Below, piece after piece: positions 37,801 to 64,000 of a DNA stretch of 64,000 bases. This DNA comes from Lytechinus pictus (lineage: Eukaryota): contig NC_087251.1 of the NCBI RefSeq assembly GCF_037042905.1, forward strand, positions 34,102,001 to 34,166,000, given 5' to 3'. The notes beneath the pieces are model-generated. The model ran no database searches. It saw only the letters and a program-made list of their open reading frames with translations, and was not told where the DNA came from. Position 1 is the first letter of the stretch; each line of letters starts with the position of its first letter. Position numbers and translations under genes: made by a program.

Positions 37801-39222
37801 TTTGACGTTGTTAAAATATATCGTTCCTTGATTTTATTACATGGAATGTGTATGCGCTCTCTCTCTCTCTATATATATATCAAATTCATGGGGATTACTC
37901 TAGAGCTGTAAGTACAATGAGGGTAAATGGATGCACACAAACAAATGGATATTAGTATATACTGCATTACTCTGAATCCATACGGCAGATTACTTTGAAC
38001 CATCCTATGGTATCGCACATCAACTTTTGTATATACAGGCCTATTGGGAAGTCATCAGGTTTTGCTGCATCTTGCAATTAGCTCTGATAATTTCCTAATC
38101 TTAATAGTATAAATGTATTGCTTTTTGTGTTTGATATATATAACCTTATCTTTCCCATTGTTCATTATTTTCTGTAGGTAAGGTGCTTGATGGATTATGG
38201 TGAATTTGAGACAGAAGATGGCAGTATGGTGGTACTAAAGAAAAATAGTCAGGTAATTCACATTTTCTCTTACAGATTAAGGTTTCTCAACAAGCAAGGT
38301 TTTCGAGGACACCAAATAAAGACTCTTGTTGGAAAGGTTGATGTCCATGAAACTCTTCTAAAAGGTGACAAATTTTTGTCATTTTGTTCAAGCACCTCCA
38401 CCATGTGTTTGAACATGTAATAAACACAAAGATTAAGTGGTGTTATGAAAAGTCCTTCCTCCGTGATGTGTTTTGGAAAATTGGATTTGGCTGTAATTAC
38501 ATTTTTACTTTTGTTTCCTTGGATTCATTAATGTAAATGAACAGACTTATGTATTTATTCATTTGCATCTATACATATTGATGTATATTTATACATATAT
38601 ATATATATATATATATATAAATATATATTTCTCTACATCTTTGTTTAAGGCAGATTTTTTGTCTTTACGTCTATATGTGAATTATGACGGAATTAACCCA
38701 TTCAAAGACCTCGCCCTTGCGTAGGATGTAGGCATATATATATATATATATATATGTGCCTACATCCTACGTAAGGGCGAAGTCTACGAATGGGTTTATT
38801 CCGTCAGGATGTAGGCATATATATATATATATATATATATGCCTACATCCTACGTAAGGGCGAAGTCTATGAATGGGTTTATTCAGTCTTAATACACATA
38901 TAGACGTAAAGACGAAGGTAGAGGGCGTTAAGGCGCATTATGCACATTGAAAGAAGACAAAAAATTCGCCTTAAACACAGATGTAGAGAAATATATATAT
39001 TTTTATTATTACAAGTATATATTTTAGTTATCAATTCCTTTGGTTTTATGATTTTGTTATTAAAGTTTATTAATGTATATAAAAATTAGTAAGTGTATGA
39101 GACCATGAGGTTCCTGCAAGTTGATTTGGTTTGTTTTATCTGTTTTCCCGCAGCATTTTCTTCTGAGATCTCTTTGCGAGCCTCTGATAAGACAAGGTAT
39201 CCTAGAGCATATTATGTCATGA
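22813..39222 (+). CDS. GINS1: DNA replication complex GINS protein PSF1, join(22813-22887,24522-24586,25003-25098,25485-25575,25985-26065,37588-37620,38178-38252,39154-39222), 194 aa
   Basis: Spliced translation: MFGEKAIELIHELQRAVNGSLAPFN EEGVRQVLEEMKALYDQNQSDV EATVQGEKDRLPAVQFRHTCLERNKRCLLAYL HNRLCMIRDMRWEFGSVLPAEVKYNLSEQE VQWFTKYNKSLASYMRTLGQDGLDLTQ DRSPPKSLYVE VRCLMDYGEFETEDGSMVVLKKNSQ HFLLRSLCEPLIRQGILEHIMS*. All introns are GT-AG with consistent phases (585 nt total). Confidence 0.95.
22987..23711. mobile_element. TIR element (MULE-like?) in GINS1 intron 1
   Basis: actaccccttatcgaccacct is inverted with aggtggtcgatatgtagt; internal gaaaccgaccacc/ggtggtcggtttc pair. No TSD recognised. 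Confidence 0.45.
23864..24360. repeat. Polypyrimidine low-complexity tracts ((TTTC)n, (CTT/CCT)n)
   Basis: Seen directly at 23864-23980 and 24168-24360. Confidence 0.85.
24522..24586 (+). CDS. GINS1: GINS1 exon 2
   Basis: tttgcag|EEGVRQVLEEMKALYDQNQSD(V)|gtgagt. Confidence 0.95.
25003..25098 (+). CDS. GINS1: GINS1 exon 3
   Basis: ttgcag|...FRHTCLERNKRCLLAY(L)|gtaagt. Confidence 0.93.
25485..25575 (+). CDS. GINS1: GINS1 exon 4
   Basis: actag|HNRLCMIRDMRWEFGSVLPAEVKYNLSEQE|gtaatt. Confidence 0.95.
25985..26065 (+). CDS. GINS1: GINS1 exon 5
   Basis: ctacag|VQWFTKYNKSLASYMRTLGQDGLDLTQ|gtaaca. Confidence 0.95.
26533..26897. mobile_element. Degraded MITE with TTGGTCT/AGACCAA internal repeats
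   Basis: The left half is rich in ttggtc(t/c)a and the right half in (a/g)gaccaa, giving an imperfect foldback. Confidence 0.5.
27820..28320. repeat. GTT/GCT-rich low-complexity tract inside the Harbinger-like element (mirror at ~36324-36830)
   Basis: Seen directly. It produces the spurious V/A/L-rich and Q/T-rich ORFs. Confidence 0.8.
29682..29961. mobile_element. Small hAT-like MITE nested in the Harbinger-like element (mirror at ~34700-34975)
   Basis: 34-bp inverted repeat tgcatgttagctgcagggtcagcggaacggtttt / aaaaccgttctgctgaccctgcagctaacatgca. Present in both arms. Confidence 0.6.
32351..37393 (+). mobile_element. ~5.04-kb decayed Harbinger/PIF-like element, copy 2 (right arm of the giant inverted repeat)
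   Basis: TIR GGGGGGTGTTTCATCAA...TTGATGAAACGCCCCCC with palindromic flanks ATAATCAG / CTGATTAT. Transposase-like relic at 34340-34506. Confidence 0.85.
34340..34506 (+). pseudogene. Decayed exon resembling a Harbinger transposase N-terminus (mirror in copy 1 at ~30141-30307)
   Basis: Bounded by tttcag and gtaaca. With frameshifts it reads RRRRIW/TRKQGSDW...ASGQFDEHVTEDLAMGEEILRLKCNH, resembling RRR.W.R.RS.DWW...F....W.ENFRMS.ETF..LC of HARBI1-type transposases. Judged by eye. Confidence 0.4.
37588..37620 (+). CDS. GINS1: GINS1 exon 6 (33-nt mini-exon)
   Basis: catatag|DRSPPKSLYVE|gtaaga, carrying the conserved PPKSLY motif. Confidence 0.93.
38178..38252 (+). CDS. GINS1: GINS1 exon 7
   Basis: ctgtag|VRCLMDYGEFETEDGSMVVLKKNSQ|gtaatt. 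Confidence 0.95.
38628..38991. mobile_element. Foldback element embedded in (TA)n with internal (TA)n loops
   Basis: tttctctacatct.tgtttaaggc is inverted with gccttaaacacagatgtagagaaa. AGGATGTAGGCA(TA)nTGCCTACATCCT occurs twice. Confidence 0.75.
39154..39222 (+). CDS. GINS1: GINS1 exon 8 (last coding exon)
   Basis: cccgcag|HFLLRSLCEPLIRQGILEHIMS* (TGA 39220-39222). Confidence 0.95.
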   Translation, partial: HFLLRSLCEPLIRQGILEHIMS

Positions 39223-39404
39223 TGGATGCCGAACATCTCTATTCAAAGAAACATGAATGATAAATCTTTAGCCATACCAATGCTGGATGTGACCTGAAAG
39301 GCTGTTACAATATCATCGACGTTCCAGTGTACATCCATTAGACCAATTTGGTTTGGGTGATTTTTATTGGTTATTTATAAATAGGGGCGCTTCAATTATG
39401 TGTA

Positions 39405-39795
39405 AAGGCCACGGCACACTTTACGTCTGGTGGTCCATGATCTTATTTTGGAATACCGGTAAATCTCATTTTGCCAATTTTCTGAAAATGTGAATAAAAA
39501 GTATCTTTTTATTTGAGGTTCAAATTAACTGGAAGAATACCAATACAACAGTTTTGGATGATTGCAAGCCTTTTTTTTGGAGTAAAGGCCAAGTTAGTTT
39601 CAAATTGTACGATTGCTAGGACGTCATTACGACTTGATATTAGATTCGCTTTTATTCTAATAAGGATGATAGCGTAGTCACAGATTTGAACATAGGTATT
39701 CCTACAATGATTTAGAATAGTACACAGTAACAGATTCTAATGCATTTTATACCAAAATCAGGTCGCAGACCAATCGTAAGGTGTGTGATAGCCTT
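39405..39795. mobile_element. MITE downstream of the GINS1 stop codon (probable 3' UTR)
   Basis: Imperfect TIR AAGGCCACGGCACACTTTACG / CGTAAGGTGTGTGATAGCCTT. Confidence 0.55.
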
Positions 39796-40364
39796 ATCAG
39801 AGGTTAATTCATCGACACTGGCATAGCAACACACCTGGCTCATTACATTACTCATTGGAAGCGTGTTCTTCTTTGGAAGCCTGTTCTGCTTTGAAAGCCC
39901 TCAGATATGGCCGCCATAAGACGCAATGTTCTGGAGTCGGATTTATGTATTGACTATCACGTATTGTTCTATAAAATTATTAGATAATGAATGTATGTGA
40001 AATGAAATACCAGTAATGAAATCATATGTATGCAGTCATGATTTTGACTTTTCCATAAAGACTTGGAACCAGAGAAATTTGAACCTATGATTTAGTAACG
40101 AGTCGGTTAATGGGACTGATGAGCTGAAAACAAACCTCAACCCCCCCCCCCCCCCCCCCCCCCGCACATTCTTCATTTGTGCTTGTTATCTTATCTTCTG
40201 GGGGGAATCCAACTTCAAACTACATTTTTTTATGAGTGAAATATCCTTTGTTTAACTTTGTGAATTTAATTCTAATTTATAACATAGAATTGCCTTGAAT
40301 GAAATTTGACATGTAGTGTACAGTATATATTGCCTGTTACATTAATTTTCCCAGAGGGTGACAA

Positions 40365-40479
40365 GGGGAGTCTTTCATTAAAAAAAGTGATTTTCACTGA
40401 CTATAAGCTACTGCAAATCCTGCATATGATTGGCTGAAAGAAAAATAGTTCATGAAAATCATTGACAAAACACTTCCCC
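40365..40479. mobile_element. Harbinger-like MITE family A, degraded
   Basis: ggggagtctttcat...tataagctactgcaaatcctgcatatgattggctg...cacttcccc. Confidence 0.55.
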
Positions 40480-43390
40480 AATGTAATATGGCAATCTATA
40501 TGTAAATATATAATGAATAAACAGTGTATTGTAAGGGTAAAGCATTGTGTCAATTCATTTTTTTTTCTTATGGTATTTCTAAACACAGTTTGACATTGAA
40601 GAATGAAAACAGCAAAAACAAAAGACTCATTTGCATGAGACAACCTTCTCTCTTTTTTATTATTCAAGGAGTTTTTAAGCAGATGCATTTGGAATTAAAA
40701 CACAACTCGTCAGTGATACAAAATAAATCACGGAAAGTACAAATTGTGACTCAAAGCATTGGCCGCATCATAAAACATAGTATGGTATAATAATCTACCA
40801 AATACAAAAACTGAACATAATAACCAAGGTATTTTTCTCTTCAAAAAACAGCGAGCATATGTTGTCCAAACTGACTAATGATTAAACATGATTGTGACAG
40901 CTGAAAGATACACAGAGATAAAGGGAACACAAAACACTAAAAAAAGCTCAAGATTGCACTGTCTACCCCTTAATAGAAAGAAGAAATAAAAAGACCCCCA
41001 AAAAGCTGTATTCCAAATACTTGCAGCTCACAAACTAGATATATTCAGCATTCAACCAGGCAAGAAAGTCAAGCATTATTACGAATAGTTCATCATTTCT
41101 TCTTCAAATTTCTCATCCATTCTTATGAAGCCAACAGCAACATCTAAATTAGGGCGGGATACATGCTCTTCTCTGTTCAAATTGAAATAAACATCACTGA
41201 CTATTAAAGCACGAGCCAATTAAGTGGCAACGTGCGGAGGTTACCAACACCCTTATTTGAGTGTTCATGTAATCTTCTAATGATGACTGCACTTTTCGAT
41301 ACATTTTGGGAAACAATCTGGATCCCATAACACAAAGCTTAGCGATCATCATAGAAGAAATATCTTTACGATTGATTTCATTGACCACAATGTACTATCC
41401 ATCGTGAAAAATCAAGCGCATAATTAATCACTAACCTTTGTGTTACGGGAACCAGAATAAGAAAAGTAAGAAATGCTAAAGGATTGTTGACTCGTGTATG
41501 GAGGTTGATGTGTACCCAATAGAATCTGACCCATGGATGGGCTTAGCTAAAAAATAACCAATTTCAACCTGAACCATATCCAATGGATTCTCAAAATTTC
41601 TGAATTATTTTGCAAGTGTCATTGTTTAGTTTATTTCCCCCCCTCCCCCCCCCCCATTCTGTGATACTACAATTGACAAATACTTAAGTATAGTTGGAAT
41701 GGTACACAAATAAAAAAAGGCAGCCAAGTATAAACTGATTCATGGCACTAACTACAGTTTATCCAATCACTACATAATAATTTCAAATTTATACAAATCT
41801 TCACCTTCAAGGAACAGCAATTGTCCACTTAATTCATCTGTATCAAGTTAATATATATAAAATCAATGAATTTGGTCGAACAAGTACCCTACAGGAAATG
41901 TGTAAGGCCCATCCCCTTTGCAAAAACAAAGTTTGAAGACATGGCAAAAATCACCAGCACTCTCCTTACATTGATGTACAATGCATAATATGTCATGTCT
42001 CTATTGCATAAGATTCCACAAAAAGGTCCTTAATATCATTAAAATTAATAATGACCTTCTTGCACAAGACAGCAATTTTATCAAACGGGGTCCATTAAAT
42101 ATTGTTGAGCCCCATTTCTCAACAACCAGCTTCACACTATAAGATCAACAAAACCAAGGCAGTTCAATTTCTTGTCATTTCCATGCCATATCTGAACGCA
42201 CCTTTATTTAAATATCTCTGTAAACATTAACAGAGGTAAATGAAAAAGAACAAGACTACTGCAACTCAATATATAATGTAGGTGTAATGCATCTTCTGTC
42301 TGAAACAGGAGATAAATACAAAAACTTTCATCTTTAGAATAAATAAGTTTGACAATCTGAAGAGCACCACAGTATTTCAACTATCCACAAATTCTAATAT
42401 ACAAAACATATCTGGTAAATGAATATTACTTGGCAAGGACAAATCTACTTTACAAAAAAAAAGATAAATCATACTTTAACTTCTGTAAGACTAGGTATGC
42501 ATAAGATCTACATGTAATGATCATAAAGTAACTTGATTCCACAAAACATAATTATTAAAGGCTTACAGTTACTACTAGTACATTGGATGTGTAATCAAAT
42601 TCATGCTAGTTTCCATCTATTACTGTACTGTGTGTTTTGGTTTTGTTTTCATTTTTTTTTCTGTTTCTGCTTAATTTATGTATTTTATGCCGTTATTCTA
42701 ATTTCCACAACAATTTCAAGTTAATTGCAAATTGGAAATATATTTTGTTAAATAAATCAGTTTTGAAACAATACTGAAAGCATCCATCTGATAATTGACA
42801 ATGAAAGACCTGTTAGCAAACTTAAATTATATTTTACGACTGCAACCTTTTGGTTTTAATTAAAGCATGTTCAGATAACTGAGAATGTAAAAAAACAAAA
42901 AAAATAATCCTTTTAAGTTGTTAGTGCAAATACCCTTGGCAAGTGTATTCTTTGGGCAAGCATATGTATCTTGCAGAGGATTGACAACAAGCAAGCAAAT
43001 AATTAGCTCACTGGTTAATATATTTCAACGTATCAGAGTTGTAGCGAAACAATAACCCATTCCAAATGAGTAAAGCTTTGTTGAGCAAGAAGGGAATATC
43101 GTATTTTTTGTTCTTGTGTTTTTTTTTTTTTTTAGAAAGGGTGGAAATTTCAACCCAGATAATCTCAACATCCCTTCAAATCAAAGCATCACATCCCTTT
43201 TTACACACACGTTTCAGATAAAATTATCCACGGCCTATATTCACAAGGATAGGTTAAAATGGATATGGTAAAAGTATACTTGATTCAGCAAATAAACATT
43301 TATTTGAAATGTTCCAACAATAAACATACTTTTTAGAAAAGGGTGCTAAATTAACATTTGTTGTTATAGTTACAATAGCTGTTCATTTAA

Positions 43391-43985
43391 AGGACAAGTC
43401 CACCCCAACAAAAAAGTTATTTGAATAAAAAGAGAAAAATCCAACAAGCATAACATTGAAAATTTCATCAAAACCGGATGTAAAATAAGAAAGTTATGAC
43501 ATTTCAAAGTTTTGCTTAATTTCACAAAACAGTTGTATGCACATCCTGGTCGGTATGCAAATGAGGAGACTGATGACGTCATCCACTCACTATTTCTTTT
43601 GTATTTTATTATATGAAATATTCTAAATTTCTCCTCATTGTCAAGTGAAACAGTGATTATTTCCTCCCTATACATGTGGAATTAGCATTGTTTAATAATA
43701 TATGGTTCAGTCAAGTCAGTGCCTACGGTCAAATCTGTAAAAAAAAATGAAATATTGTATAATTCAAACAATAAAAAACAAAATAGTGAGTGATGGACAT
43801 CATCGACTGACTCATTTGCATGTCACAGAGTTGTGCACATCACTGTTTTGTGAAAAATAAGCGAAACTTTAAAATACCATAACTTTCTTATTTTACATCC
43901 GATTTTGATGAAATTTTCAGTGTAATGCTAGTTTGATTTTTTTCTATTTATTCAAATCAACATTTTGCTCGGGTGGACTTGACCT
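43391..43985. mobile_element. Kolobok-like MITE, TTAA TSD
   Basis: TTAA|AGGACAAGTCCACCC...GGGTGGACTTGACCT|TTAA with long inverted arms. Confidence 0.85.
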
Positions 43986-46900
43986 TTAAATTCACTTAGA
44001 TCAAATCTAAATTAAACACATTTTTAAACACAATACCAAGTGAAAATTTAACACCCATTTTTCAAACCATATGTTAATATATTGAAAGTGTATTCTTCTT
44101 CAAGCACTCTTTTAAAATGGGCTGTTATACTTCACACATCTTTGCAAATGTATGCCCTTATATTCTAGTCCCTAGAGAATGATGATGTCATAGGAGATCA
44201 ATTTACCCACAATACATCACAATGCATCATGTGAAATTTGGTCTTGGTTTGAAATATTTTCATAATACATGACCAAACTTAAGAATTTGTAAGTTTGTTC
44301 CATATGTGAATTTTAACTTATTAGTGGTGGCACTTGATGGCACATACCATTGCAAATCCACTGTAATGCTCTCAAATAAAGATAACTAGTGTAGATGATA
44401 CATTTGAAGAAAGTAAGTTAGGGAACAACACATCTTTTTTTTCATTCCACCAGGAATTGTGATCATGTATCTATATGATCCTGAATCAGAGTTGTATCAA
44501 GTTGCTCTGGAAATACGGTACAAAAGGAAGGGACTTTTTGGTAGATTTGTCTGAAATATATATATATATCAAAGTATAGAAAGGAAACACTATGGGATAC
44601 AGCATTGAGTAGATAACATTTCATAATATGGTAAACCGCAATGCTCTGTATTTCATCTGGCTTTTTCTTTATAATATTAATTAGAACGGTGGTCAGTAAA
44701 GAAAGGGAGGGGTCCTATATATCTCCTTTCAAAGTCTACATCTCAAAATATGCATACATTGTCTCTACATCTCCTAAATATGCAATTTAAACCACATAAT
44801 TGCATAGAGTAAATAATAAGTGAAAAAGGCAAATAATACTAATTCTGGATTTTGTATTTAAAAACAAAATGCACACAATATCATAGCTGCTGTTATTATT
44901 ATTTAATTTACTTCTAGTTACAAACTGAGTGTGCATTTCAAACACACAAACCTGGTTTAGAAAGGAAAGAGGCTTATATTGTATAATTTTGGTTATGAAT
45001 TACACATAAGACATTGATTATCAATGCCAATACACAACCATAAAAATCTTAGAAGATTCAAAGATTACTGTGTTTGTCATGATGCCACTATATCAAATTT
45101 TGAAATTGTCTATCTCATTCAATAATGTAAAATACAAATAGTTTCTCACTTCTGTCTTCACTAGTATTCCTGTCACAAATTCTATAACACATCAAAAAAG
45201 TGTTCTGGAACCATATATATGATTCTTCCTGTCAAAACCAGGAGATTGTATATACTGCGATAGTATGAAAACAATACTTCTCTCAAAAGGTGACATCATA
45301 GTAGCCATTACATCAACAGCCCCTCATTTTCAGATGCAAACCTCAAGCAAAAAGAGAATCTGAAACTTTCTTGAAAGCTTTCTGCATTTTGTAAAAGATC
45401 TATCCTTGATATGTGTATGTGGACAATTATACCCATATCAACTTTCAACTTTTTTTTTCTTCGACAAAGTCATAAAATACAACTGGTTTTGACAGAAAGA
45501 GCCATGTGTACATAAATGGTTTATAGCATCAAATAATACATCACACAGTTTAAATTCCAATTATACAGCTTTTAAAAAAAAATGAGATCTCAGGTACAAC
45601 AGCCACACAATCAAATCCAACAATACATTATACTTAACAGAGATTTCATGGGATGTAAGAGAAGGGGAGGGTCGTATCTTATGCCACATATTCACAAATG
45701 AACAAAACTCGGTAAATTCTTCCATCTCGCTGACGAAATTTGACCAACAAAATATGAGCAACACTCAGTAAAATCACCAATTTATATTTAAAAAAACAAT
45801 AAAAATGAAGGAAAATGTGTGCATACTTTGACCATTTACAGATAAGAACACAACATTATACCGACTTGTTAACTCCCTAATATGCTTTGACCATATTTCT
45901 TGGTAATATCATACACTCCATTCTAGATACACACAAAAGTTGACTACACTCTAAATCAGCATAAAATCCCAACAATGTACGAGGGATTATATATTGCACA
46001 AAAAAATGTTCAAAATGTGACACTGAAAGAATTCCCTATTTTTTTCCCCAAAAAACAATTCTTTCATCAGGTGCCATTTTTATCCGCAATTTGTTCGGCT
46101 TCCATACTTGCTCCGTGGTTGTGCGAAAACCATTTATGCACACTTTAAAGTTTGTGCGAAAAAACATCAAATAGGCATCCATAAAAACAAAGCTCCACTG
46201 GTTAATAGCCGTCGAGTAGGTTCAAATACTTCTGAGTCATGGGAAATGATACATTGTGTTTATGAGTTCTGAATTGTTTATCAACTATCTCCAGTGGCAG
46301 AGGTTGACTTATGTATATTTGTATTGTTGTGAAGGCACACAGCTATGTCTGTCAAACTTCCTTGCAGTTTTGTAACATGTAGAAGTATATTCTCACAGCA
46401 TGATTTAGACTATTTTCAGGTGGACAGAATGTATTTGGAATAAATACATTCACTCCTTTTTATCTAATGCATCCACTGATATCATCACATTTGTTTTCTT
46501 CCAATGAGCCAGTCTTCATTCTTTGCCAGTAAAGGTATGTTCATTGAAAACACATTGTCCCATTGATTGTGGTTGCGCAATAACTGTCTCTGCTTGGCAA
46601 TCAAGCTTACAATCATGTTTCTGAGTTGTATCCTCTTCTTTCCTCGAGTCTATCCACAGAAAATAAACTAAAAAATAATACATGTATAAATATATATTAT
46701 ATATATTATATATCGTTTCCATCTTGAGTCCAAACTGACAGAGACTCTGGCAAGGAACATTGTTCTGTGGCTGTAAATTTCAACAAAAGTATGGAGATAA
46801 TGTTGGATGACATTCTCTTGAGTTGTTTCTTCGGTCCTTGGGTTTCAAAATGAGATGACTCTTTGCTGGCTCCACAAAATAATCAGAGGTTTTCATCCAG

Positions 46901-47049
46901 GCTAAAGCATGACATCCGTATCAAAGACAAATATCTTCCCCTGTCAATATGAGAAATCACTTATGAGATGAGGAGAACTAATGGCTGAAATGTAATGTAT
47001 ATCCATGTGATATAAATAAGATAAATTGATAGATGAAGAGCTATGCCAA

Positions 47050-47172
47050 GGGAGCATTTCATGAAACAAGTAGTCGCTGACAACTGTTATAAGCTACTGA
47101 AATCCTTGCATCTGACTGGCTCAGAACTAGTCAGTGAATGTTACTGACTCGTCCCTACATGAAACACTCCCC
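47050..47172. mobile_element. Harbinger-like MITE family A
   Basis: GGGAGCATTTCATGAAAC...CATGAAACACTCCCC with internal ttataagctactgaaatccttgcatctgactggctc. Confidence 0.7.
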
Positions 47173-47685
47173 AGAAGGTAACCAAAGGGTTTTGTAAGAA
47201 AAGTAATATTTCTTGATGACACTCTGGAGGTAAGGTAGAATCCTTTGCAGAATGAAAATAAAGGTGATATTAATGCTGAGGCAAAGTCAGAACAGATTAT
47301 GGACGATAAATACTGTTCCTTCATCCCGACTATCAAATACGGGTTTTCCTCCACGATATACTACGTACATCCAGTCATTTAAGTGTTTTCATCGTCGGAC
47401 TGCAGTATCCAATACCAATGCTCAGACGTTGCTTTCTCATTTCTTTGTTTCTTTGGGTCTACATCCGTCCTGATGTGTAAGCGTTAGGGTACATGATTTG
47501 GACAGAGCATCACTGCTCTACTTGAAAGTGTATGATGGACTCACTGTAAAGGGCTTTCGTTCCACACATAAAAGGGACTAGTCTTGTATTCCTGTTTAAT
47601 GACTGAAAGTGAAATTGGTTAGGGAACACGGTGTGGCACACTGGTCCTCTCCCAACACTAAGCTTGGCTTTGGTTCCTCAGATGA

Positions 47686-64000
<16,315 letters not shown>

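Overview
AT-rich, intron-containing animal genomic DNA. The repeat landscape suggests an echinoderm such as a sea urchin, which is an inference. Four protein-coding genes can be read from splice sites and translation: the last coding exon of DESI2/PPPDE1 (+, 97-294); CCDC97 (-, 19032-20547, with a non-coding exon 1 ending at 22543); GINS1/Psf1 (+, 8 coding exons, 22813-39222, 194 aa), head-to-head with CCDC97; and the 3' portion of protein kinase D (PRKD, -, 47686 to beyond 64000, covering C1b, PH and kinase domains). Non-autonomous DNA transposons are dense and often nested (Academ-, Harbinger-, Kolobok-, piggyBac- and EnSpm-like), and there are two copies of a tRNA-derived SINE. Three structures stand out. 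(1) A ~10.1-kb inverted repeat made of two ~5.03-kb decayed Harbinger-like elements, head-to-head with a ~53-bp spacer, sits inside GINS1 intron 5. It should fold into a ~5-kb dsRNA in the GINS1 pre-mRNA, a candidate Mu-killer-like hairpin silencer that also hides a chain of cryptic exons. (2) An ATG-initiated ~206-codon ORF in a PRKD intron runs in frame into the first kinase exon, a candidate kinase-only isoform. (3) A 5.3-kb Academ-like foldback with a 328-bp higher-order repeat splits a SINE between its A and B boxes. All family assignments come from termini, TSDs and motif recognition by eye; no database search was run.
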